Part shown: piece after piece, positions 49,601 through 56,331 of the stretch
How the letters are laid out: each line of letters opens with the position of its first letter
How positions within the stretch are numbered: position 1 is the stretch's first letter
DNA from: Bdellovibrio sp.
GTDB taxonomy: Bacteria; Bdellovibrionota; Bdellovibrionia; Bdellovibrionales; Bdellovibrionaceae
Direction: 5' to 3'
DNA: 64,000 bases
NCBI GenBank assembly: GCA_036676395.1
Contig: JAKFCY010000002.1
Span: 1,344,001-1,408,000, forward strand
The notes under the pieces: model-generated
Told to the model about the DNA's origin: nothing
Databases searched by the model: none
Seen by the model: only the letters and a program-made list of their open reading frames with translations
Translations under genes and position numbers: made by a program

Positions 49601-51211
49601 GAACAAACTTTTGGCACGATAGCCACTTTCAAAAAAGCTTACACGGCAACGTTTAATGAAGATCCATACGTTCAGTTTTTGCATCAAACTGCATCCGGTG
49701 GAGTCTTTGGGCGCTATGGGTATATTCAATCAGGGCAAAGTCATAGCGGTATGACAGTTCAAGCCGAAGATGGTTTAGGTACTCCTGCCAATTTAATGTT
49801 AAATAAATCAGGTGGTAGCGTTGGTGTGGGCACGTCTTCTGCCGCAAGTATGACGGCCAGATTCAATGTTGTGGGTTCGTCAGCCGGCGAAGTTGCGCAG
49901 TATATTCATAATACAAATCCTGCAGGTTATTCTGTGATTCGTATGAATAATAACTGGGGAGGCTTTGCCAGCGGTACAGCTCTGCATAGTTTTGGCCCTG
50001 GTTATGGGGCTGCGGGCTCTGCGTATTCACCGTTGACGACAACACTAACTGGTTTTGAATCAGGTGGTTTAAACCTGCACGCCAATGTGGGACCGATTCG
50101 TTTTTTCACCGGCGGCAATGATGCCGTAAACCAACAAATGCATTTAACTGCTGCCGGAAATTTTGGTATTGGTACCAGTGCTCCAGTTGTTAAAACTCAT
50201 ATTTATGGTCAAGTTGACGGCCCGTTTGTTGGTCTTGCAATTGATAACAGAAAAATTTACGGTGCTGGTACCGGTATAAATGAAACAAGTCGCATGATTT
50301 TTTCACTGAGTGAAGCGGGAGCTCCAAATGTGACAGATCGGGTGATGGGGTATATCGAAGCCGGCACGCATAGCGAAATTTCTTCTTCTGATACCTTTAT
50401 GGCTTTCGGCACAAGATCAGGTGGGCCTGGCACCGAGACTGAAAAAATGAGAATAAATTATACCGGCAATGTCGGTATCGGAACAAGTGCGCCAACAGCG
50501 CGCTTAAATATTGGCGGTCTTGGTGCAGCCAATGCGACAGCTCTTCGCATTGATTCGCAAGATACGTATTATCGCGATATTTTTATGAGCGAATTTAATA
50601 CGACAACGTATGGTGGTATTTTGCGTTACAATTCGGGTTCTGATTTGTTGCAATTAATTACGTTAGAAAACAGTGTTGAAAAATATGGTATCGCCGTTGC
50701 GCGCGCCACTGGATTTGTTGGTGTTGGCAGAAATTCAGCCGCTGCATATCAACTGGATGTAAGCGGAAGTGTTCGTATCAGCGGCGAAGCCTTTCGCGAT
50801 GACGGGGTGGCAACGTGGGCCATGACATCAGATGCGCGTCTAAAAGATGTGGTGTCTGGTTATGATCGCGGTTTAAATGAAATTTTAAATATCGATACTA
50901 TTGTTTTTAAATATAAAAAAGATAATCCTAAAAAATTAAATTCAGAGAAAGAATTTCCGGGAGTCCTGGCGCAACAAGTGCAAAAAGTTATTCCTGAAGC
51001 GGTAAATACAGATAAGGATGGATTTTTATCTTTGAATACGACTCCGATTATTTGGGCGATGTTAAATGCGATCAAAGACGTATATCATGAAGTGACGGGT
51101 GTTCAGCGTGAAATAGCTTCGCTGAAAGAAGAAAATCTTGCGAAAGAGCAAGAGATTAAAGAATTAAAAGAGCGTTTAGATCGTATTGAAAAATCATTGC
51201 AAAATAAATAA
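46652..51211 (+). CDS. Trimeric tail-fibre-like adhesin with C-terminal S74 chaperone (MAT-like), copy 2
   Basis: N-terminal domain nearly identical to copy 1; GNVGIGT repeats; TSDARLKD, GVLAQQV and coiled coil. Confidence 0.9.
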   Translation: MKRTAGRALSHIATAIFLLFCSLLAFAGPARTTYQAKIIKPDGYPLEAASVNFKFTILDPAGACILYSETYSSVNMTSTGGLISFSLGSGVKTYPVSSPTFEDVFSNITPNLSCDVGGPVSYSPLATDTRKIVMQFHDGSGWQTLPAMNINAVPYAMFANEALTLNGKSDSAFVEVASIPTCLSTEALRYNGTSFSCVTTADVSAAAVVAALGYTPATGASVTALVSSLATTDSLLSQVSATVFSVSATVSSLANSVSALTSSQWLSSGTSISYDAGNVGIGTSSPTSLLHLYSESAVFQQLLIDAARNSAGSYGLVFQKSRGNTSLRTPTLNGDRLGELIFQAYTDGSYPGESAKIRVTAAETASATGVGGRIQFMTTAVGASAPVERVRFESDGHVGIGTTTPVTSLDVSGGVRISMESATCAVSFAGTLRYNSGLVEYCNGATWSAFGVAGAGITLLNGSVSGTQSFVTGISGTNFNISSTNGVHSFNIPQASSAAVTAGLLSNADYVIFNSKVSATSASVITALGYTPASATAVAALSTTTAASFSAITSSQWVTSGSAIHYNSGYVGIGVSGPLSRLTVANVTPDTPIVAEGANSISIFGDGHAYFQGRDVTNGVEFVMGTSTAAGEVFAGSMSDHTFTLRTGNNRRMVFTASGAVGVGITSPTAKLHIGAGSSTLPSLKLTSSTLLSAPQAGSIEYDGFNFFITDGSDTRRAIASDDNTNFTAGHIVASGSLNLTNSANLYLTATASDVGDIIFQEASGTQKGRIWSNPSAVGLFLSSGDTTPDITINAAGNVGIGTQTPTEKLEVSGAIKVPGVGQIGPAGGFGYAMYTTGTNNFIGQMYGSASGVQFTNSVGSNTFFISESGRAGLGTSSPTALLNLVGTDAYNNLLIDSANYSALTARGGATSGWPLVQLSHQGAGGKSWNIEAGRHSSDSFGIYDTASGTTRFSISSLGNIGIGTVAPTNTLDVVGFGLNVTREQTFGTIATFKKAYTATFNEDPYVQFLHQTASGGVFGRYGYIQSGQSHSGMTVQAEDGLGTPANLMLNKSGGSVGVGTSSAASMTARFNVVGSSAGEVAQYIHNTNPAGYSVIRMNNNWGGFASGTALHSFGPGYGAAGSAYSPLTTTLTGFESGGLNLHANVGPIRFFTGGNDAVNQQMHLTAAGNFGIGTSAPVVKTHIYGQVDGPFVGLAIDNRKIYGAGTGINETSRMIFSLSEAGAPNVTDRVMGYIEAGTHSEISSSDTFMAFGTRSGGPGTETEKMRINYTGNVGIGTSAPTARLNIGGLGAANATALRIDSQDTYYRDIFMSEFNTTTYGGILRYNSGSDLLQLITLENSVEKYGIAVARATGFVGVGRNSAAAYQLDVSGSVRISGEAFRDDGVATWAMTSDARLKDVVSGYDRGLNEILNIDTIVFKYKKDNPKKLNSEKEFPGVLAQQVQKVIPEAVNTDKDGFLSLNTTPIIWAMLNAIKDVYHEVTGVQREIASLKEENLAKEQEIKELKERLDRIEKSLQNK

Positions 51212-51213
51212 AA

Positions 51214-51618
51214 CTATTCGCACTCAATAAAATTTGTTATTTCGCCATCGCTCCAGGCCATCGTGCGTTTAAGCTCGGCCACGTCGTAGCTGTAGGTCAC
51301 CTTTTTGATAAAAATAATTGCAAGCATTCCTACTTTAAGAGTTAAAATATTATCACCAGTAATGGCCCATTGAAAAGTTTCTGGGTTTGTTTGTTGATCT
51401 GGTTTTGTGGCGGTAGCGGTAAGATCTTTATTGAATTGCCATTTGTACTCAGTCGCCCCAGTTGTCGTATTTCGTTGGCACCAGTTATTGGCTACAAGGT
51501 TATTGATCGCAAGCTCATTAACCTGAGATCTGGGTTCGGTTCTTAGAGGGTTTGGTTCTGGAGCGCAAGCCATTAAAAACAGAAAAAATAATAAAATCAA
51601 TCCTATTTGTTTTTTCAT
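51214..51618 (-). CDS. Small lipoprotein, hypothetical
   Basis: Lipobox LMAC; overlaps the nnrD stop by 4 bp. Confidence 0.75.
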   Translation of the reverse strand: MKKQIGLILLFFLFLMACAPEPNPLRTEPRSQVNELAINNLVANNWCQRNTTTGATEYKWQFNKDLTATATKPDQQTNPETFQWAITGDNILTLKVGMLAIIFIKKVTYSYDVAELKRTMAWSDGEITNFIECE

Positions 51619-52424
51619 AATTTCTTTCTTAAGGAATAGATTGTTTGCGGAAGAAGTTTTACCAAGTCGCTGGCCATCAGAGAGAGCGAATCTTTGCCTT
51701 TTATCCAGCGATCAGCCATATGACCATGTAGACCACAAGCTAATACGCACGCGTTAATTGGTTTTAACCCCTGAGATAGAAAGCCGGTAATCATGCCAGT
51801 AAGAACATCACCAGTGCCAGCCTTTGCTAGCGCTTGGTTTCCAGTTTGAATTTCATAAATGTTTTGTGCCTTGGCAATTAAAGTATGGTGACCTTTTAAG
51901 ATCACAATACCGCCGAAATTTTGTTGCGCAAGCTTTACAGCTTTAAGACGATCCGCACGAATTTCATCGGCTGTGATTTTTAATAGTTTCGCCATTTCAC
52001 CTTCATGAGGTGTGATGATCCAGTTGTCGGGTAGTTGTTTAACCAGTGGTAAGGCGCTGGCATCAATGACCACAGATTGTGTAAATGTTTTTTTTAGGTG
52101 TAAAAACATTTTTTTTATTTCTGGAGTTAGTCTTAGGCCTGGTCCGATCGCGATCGACGAAAAGGGTTGTAGATTTAAATTCGCTGTCAGTTTCAACGTC
52201 AAAAAATCCGGATACAAATTTAGATCTTTAGTTTCTGCGGGTAGATAGACGTAACCAGCGCCAACACGGTACGCCGCCAAGCCGCAAAGAAAGCTTGCTC
52301 CCCAAAGGCCTTCTGAACCCGCAATAATTAGGCATTTACCGCTATCATGTTTATGAGCAAACTGAGTTCGTCGTGGTAAAAGAGCGGGCAAATCTTTTTT
52401 TGTGATACGTATTACTGATGCCAT
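51615..52424 (-). CDS. nnrD: ADP-dependent NAD(P)H-hydrate dehydratase
   Basis: HK.DSG, IGPGL, VIDASAL, ITPHEGE, ILKG, AKAGTGDVLTG motifs. Confidence 0.93.
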   Translation of the reverse strand: MASVIRITKKDLPALLPRRTQFAHKHDSGKCLIIAGSEGLWGASFLCGLAAYRVGAGYVYLPAETKDLNLYPDFLTLKLTANLNLQPFSSIAIGPGLRLTPEIKKMFLHLKKTFTQSVVIDASALPLVKQLPDNWIITPHEGEMAKLLKITADEIRADRLKAVKLAQQNFGGIVILKGHHTLIAKAQNIYEIQTGNQALAKAGTGDVLTGMITGFLSQGLKPINACVLACGLHGHMADRWIKGKDSLSLMASDLVKLLPQTIYSLRKKL

Positions 52425-52471
52425 CTAACGTAAAGCATTGCAGATTAAGTGCCATATGCTACCAATTATAT

Positions 52472-52888
52472 ATGTCTAATCAGCTTTTTCTTAAAACTGC
52501 GTTGTTAATCGCTTTCGTTGCCACCGCGGGAAGTTTGTTTTTTAGTGAAGTCATGAGTCTTCCGCCCTGCGTTTTGTGCTGGTATCAGCGCATCATGATG
52601 TATCCATTGATTTTAATTTTCGGTGTGGGACTTTTTCGTAACGCGAAAGAGTCATTTATCTACGCTCTGGCTTTAAGTTGCACAGGTTTAGTGATCGCGA
52701 TTTATCATAACCTTTTATATTACCATTTGATTCCTGAAAGCATTACTCCTTGCACTTCAGGGGTGTCTTGCACTTCGCGACAAATCGAGTGGCTTGGTTT
52801 TATCACGATTCCAATGCTGTCGCTGATCGCATTTATCTTAATTACAGTTATTGGGTTTAAAGTTTTAAAGAATAAGGAAAACAAATAA
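52472..52888 (+). CDS. dsbB: Disulfide bond formation protein B, BdbC type (start ATG 52472)
   Basis: GSLFFSE..LPPCVLCWYQR, second Cys pair CTSGVSC, GFITIP. Confidence 0.9.
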   Translation: MSNQLFLKTALLIAFVATAGSLFFSEVMSLPPCVLCWYQRIMMYPLILIFGVGLFRNAKESFIYALALSCTGLVIAIYHNLLYYHLIPESITPCTSGVSCTSRQIEWLGFITIPMLSLIAFILITVIGFKVLKNKENK

Positions 52889-53520
52889 TGAAAAAGAATA
52901 TTATTTTTTTAGTTGCAGTTATTGCTGTTGTTGCAGGAATTTTTGCGTTCATGCGTTCACAGTACCGCGAACAAAAACAAGATGTTGTAAACACACAAGC
53001 TTCAGAGCATTTGCTTCGTGATAATCATCCATCAATCGGTGATGCGGCAGCAAAAGTAACTATCATTGAGTTTCTTGACCCAGAATGCGAAGCCTGCGCC
53101 GCTGTTGATCCGACAATAAAAGGTTTAGTTAAAGAATTCGACGGTCAAGTTTATTACGTTGTTCGCTATATGCCATTACATAAGAATTCAATGTTAGCCG
53201 CAGCAGCTCTTGAAGAAACCAGAGTCTCAGGAAAATACTTTCAAGCCCTTTCAACGTTATTTTATGCTCAGCCGCAATGGGCATCGCACCATGATCCAAA
53301 ACCTGAGCTGATCGCGGTGATTTTAAAAAAATTAGATATTGATATTATGGATATTAAACCCAGTGACTTGATTGAAAAACATCGCGCCCACATTGAACGT
53401 GATCAGGCCGATGGTAAGGCGTTAGGCGTGATGGGAACTCCGACTTTATTCATCAACGGTCAGATCGTTGATGATATGAGTTATCAGGGGTTGAAGGCAC
53501 GCATCCAAAGTTTGCTGTAG
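52888..53520 (+). CDS. DsbA/BdbD-type thioredoxin-fold oxidoreductase
   Basis: EFLDPECEAC (CxxC) and GVMGTPTLFING cis-Pro loop; N-terminal anchor. Confidence 0.9.
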   Translation: MKKNIIFLVAVIAVVAGIFAFMRSQYREQKQDVVNTQASEHLLRDNHPSIGDAAAKVTIIEFLDPECEACAAVDPTIKGLVKEFDGQVYYVVRYMPLHKNSMLAAAALEETRVSGKYFQALSTLFYAQPQWASHHDPKPELIAVILKKLDIDIMDIKPSDLIEKHRAHIERDQADGKALGVMGTPTLFINGQIVDDMSYQGLKARIQSLL

Positions 53521-53525
53521 ATGCC

Positions 53526-53584
53526 CGCGCTTCCGATGTGTCAAGCGCGAAAAAATCCTGCGACCATTAATGATTGCAGGATTT
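53526..53584. terminator. Two adjacent hairpins between convergent genes
   Basis: CGCGCTT..AAGCGCG (53526-53549) and AAATCCTGCGA..TTGCAGGATTT (53553-53584). Confidence 0.55.
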
Positions 53585-53619
53585 AAAATTTACGATTTCA
53601 AAATGAAGTGGTTTTAATA

Positions 53620-54570
53620 CTAGTTGTTAGTTTTTCCATGTCCAGATTGACGATCTGTTGATGGTCTAGTTTGATCTGCATGTGATTTTTCATCGACCAT
53701 TTGTTCCATTTTAGTATTTAAAGCTCTAAGTTTTTCTGGTTCCTTACAAAGAAGCCTTCTTGTTGCTAACTCAGCAGCTCCAATATCACTATGATTAAAC
53801 AATTCCATAGACTTATTTATCGCGCCCGATTCTGAACTATCTAAAATGATTTTATTGGATTTCGTTTTTAGAAAAAGTTTTCCCTTTTCACATATGATTT
53901 CATTCCCGCGCCATTTACGAATTCCCAGTTTAATTACTGTATCCGAAGCAGCCGCTAAAACTACAGCGGCTCCAGCCGCTACAGCAGCACCACCTGCTGA
54001 GCCGGAGCCTAATAAAGGAAGGATTGCGGCCGCTCCTGACAATGACATTAAACCAACATAAGCGCCAGCAGCAACAATTGCACCACCTGCGCCCTTACTA
54101 GGTTCAGCAGCCTGGGCAGATGTAAAAAACAAAGCAGGCAATCTATTTTTAACAGAATATGACGCTGTTTTGTTTGTCATAAACAAAATAAATTTATCAG
54201 CTTCTGAGATAGAAAGAGTTTTGCTTTTAAAGCGAAAATAGGTATAGCCATCATAAACTTCACCCTTATGAAGGTTTGTTAGATCTAACTTTTTATTAAG
54301 ACCCTCAAATTTTATATAATTTCCCTCTAAGCTAACTTTAGGCAATTCGGTATTTTCTTGAAGACCAAAATTTGATTTGAATTGCGACCAATTGGCATCC
54401 GAATTTGTAGCCATTTTGACTAATCCAGCATAGGTTCCAATCGACTTATATGTTGAAAATAAAACTGCATAGTCCTTGTTAGATAAATTTTTTGTCGCAA
54501 GATTTTCTTTTGCTAACACAGGGCCTGCAAACAATAATATTGAAAAAATTAAATTAAAAAAATGAATCAT
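53620..54570 (-). CDS. Secreted hypothetical protein with long internal Gly/Ala hydrophobic segment
   Basis: Signal peptide ending VLA; ~50-aa GAGGAIVAAG...AAVVLAA stretch; AGGAG RBS; ACCGATAA box upstream at 54593-54600. Confidence 0.8.
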   Translation of the reverse strand: MIHFFNLIFSILLFAGPVLAKENLATKNLSNKDYAVLFSTYKSIGTYAGLVKMATNSDANWSQFKSNFGLQENTELPKVSLEGNYIKFEGLNKKLDLTNLHKGEVYDGYTYFRFKSKTLSISEADKFILFMTNKTASYSVKNRLPALFFTSAQAAEPSKGAGGAIVAAGAYVGLMSLSGAAAILPLLGSGSAGGAAVAAGAAVVLAAASDTVIKLGIRKWRGNEIICEKGKLFLKTKSNKIILDSSESGAINKSMELFNHSDIGAAELATRRLLCKEPEKLRALNTKMEQMVDEKSHADQTRPSTDRQSGHGKTNN

Positions 54571-54927
54571 AAACTACTCCTAAGTTATTTACTTATCGGT
54601 GCAAAAGTATTTCGCCATAGTCTAACTTGACCTATATCAAGTCCAGTTCTTGTGCTTTAGTATCTAAATTAAATGTCAGAAAAGCTCAAATTCAGTGAAA
54701 CGGCTTTAAATTATCGCAGTGCCAGCTGCGCGAGAAGGAGTAGGGATTCGATTCTGCACTGATAAACCTTTTTTCGCAAAAGCAGTTTGGCTTAAGTCTT
54801 CAGAAGCCCTCTGTGAAGTTCAATATGAATTTGATTTTCAATTGCGTGATAAACTAATCTGTCGACTCCAGGTGACTCGCTAAAAAATCATCTTGAAAAG
54901 ACTAGGAAAATTAAGTAGTTATAATCT

Positions 54928-55773
54928 ATGCCAGAACTTCCCGAGGTCGAGATCGTCGTCCGTAATTTAAATGATATCGTGATCGGTAAAAAGCTGATCG
55001 CCACCCAACTTTGGCGTAAGGATATTCGTTTTCCGTTGCCGGCTAAGATTTTTCAAAAGGTGATAGAGGGTAAGAATAAACTTCTGAACATTCATCGCCG
55101 GGCGAAGTTTATCGTTATAGAGTTTGCCGATTATTTAATCATCTCGCATCTTGGGATGACAGGTAGCTGGAACACTCATAAGGGCATGTTGTCCCAGTAT
55201 TCCCCAAAAAAACATGACCATTTGGCCTTTGGTTTTTCAGATAAGAAACATAAAGAGTTGTGGCTTATTTACAACGATCCACGCCGTTTTGGTTTTGTAC
55301 ATGCGATTCGTAAACAAGACTTTGCCACGTATTTTTCAGATTACGGGGTTGAGCCGCTCGAGATGACCGAGACACAAATTGAAGATCTTTATAAGATAGC
55401 TAAGCATTCAAAAACCCCAGTGAAATCGTTTATTATGAACCAAAAAAATATCGTCGGCGTTGGCAATATTTACGCCTGCGAAGCCTTGTTTTTGGCCGAA
55501 ATAAACCCTTTTAAGATTTCTTCAAAGGTCAAAAAAGAATCATTCGTAAAACTGATCGCCGCGATCAAAAAAAACCTTAAACAAGCCATTTCAAAAGGCG
55601 GATCGAGTATTAAAAACTATAGAAATGTGAATGAAGAAGAAGGCAGTTTTCAAAAATCGCACTTGGTTTATGGTAAAGAAAAGCAGAAGTGCAGTCGGTG
55701 CAAAACCGGAATCATTCAGCGAAAAGTTCAAGCGGGTCGTTCAACTTTTTTTTGTAGTGCTTGCCAAAGGTAG
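54928..55773 (+). CDS. mutM: Formamidopyrimidine-DNA glycosylase
   Basis: N-terminal PELPEVE, HLGMTG, DPRRFG, GVGNIYACE, zinc finger CSRC...CSACQ. Confidence 0.98.
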   Translation: MPELPEVEIVVRNLNDIVIGKKLIATQLWRKDIRFPLPAKIFQKVIEGKNKLLNIHRRAKFIVIEFADYLIISHLGMTGSWNTHKGMLSQYSPKKHDHLAFGFSDKKHKELWLIYNDPRRFGFVHAIRKQDFATYFSDYGVEPLEMTETQIEDLYKIAKHSKTPVKSFIMNQKNIVGVGNIYACEALFLAEINPFKISSKVKKESFVKLIAAIKKNLKQAISKGGSSIKNYRNVNEEEGSFQKSHLVYGKEKQKCSRCKTGIIQRKVQAGRSTFFCSACQR

Positions 55774-55846
55774 GTAATTATGAGTATTTTTATCTTACAC
55801 ATTTTAAAAAACAATAACCTTTACGGGTTTAACAAAAGGACTTTCC

Positions 55847-56071
55847 ATGAAAGCATTATTAGTAACAGCTTTATTAGCATTATCATTCACAACAGGTTTT
55901 ACTTGTTCTAAAAACGCTCCAGAAGCAGCAGCTCCAACTGAAGCAACTCAGCCTACAGCTGAAGCTACTCCAGCAGCTCCAACTGAAGGTGCTGTAGCTC
56001 CAACTGAAGGCGCAGCAGCAACTACAGCTCCTACAGAAACTCCAGCAGCAGCTCCAACTGAAACTAAGTAA
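55847..56071 (+). CDS. Small exported Ala/Pro/Thr/Glu-repeat protein (possible lipoprotein)
   Basis: AAGGA RBS, hydrophobic leader ending GFTC, five APTE repeats, strong terminator downstream. Confidence 0.8.
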   Translation: MKALLVTALLALSFTTGFTCSKNAPEAAAPTEATQPTAEATPAAPTEGAVAPTEGAAATTAPTETPAAAPTETK

Positions 56072-56101
56072 TTAGTTTTATTTAGCTCTTTGCTAAGTAT
56101 G

Positions 56102-56136
56102 AAAAGCCAGTCGCAAGACTGGCTTTTTCTTTTTCT
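56102..56136 (+). terminator. Rho-independent terminator
   Basis: AAAAGCCAGTC-GCAA-GACTGGCTTTT followed by a T-rich tail. Confidence 0.9.
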
Positions 56137-56331
56137 TTCATGTAGTTCTCTACAAATCTTGTTTAGTTCTTAGAGCTAATGCTCGACCATCTCGATACAA
56201 TGCACGCCACATCACCAATGCTGTTTAAAGCAAGCTCGAGTAACATAGGTTTTTTGCTCTAGAGAAACCCCCTTGTCAGACGTAATAGAAGGTGCTGAAA
56301 TAAATGTATATTTATACATCAAGGAGTTTTC

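Noticed and set aside
41518..51211. Diversity-generating retroelement or shufflon acting on the fibre genes
   Set aside because: No reverse transcriptase or recombinase in the window; repeats are direct, coding and not limited to adenine differences.
41518..51211. Prophage suggested by tail-fibre-like genes
   Set aside because: Both proteins have Sec signal peptides, and there are no capsid, terminase, portal or integrase genes.
55931..56062. GCTCCAACTGAA repeats as a mini CRISPR array
   Set aside because: Only 12 bp, irregularly spaced, in frame within a coding sequence, and no cas genes.
56305..56318. E. coli-type SOS box before fadE
   Set aside because: TGT-N8-ACA core lacks the flanking C and G of CTGT-N8-ACAG, and fadE is not an SOS gene.
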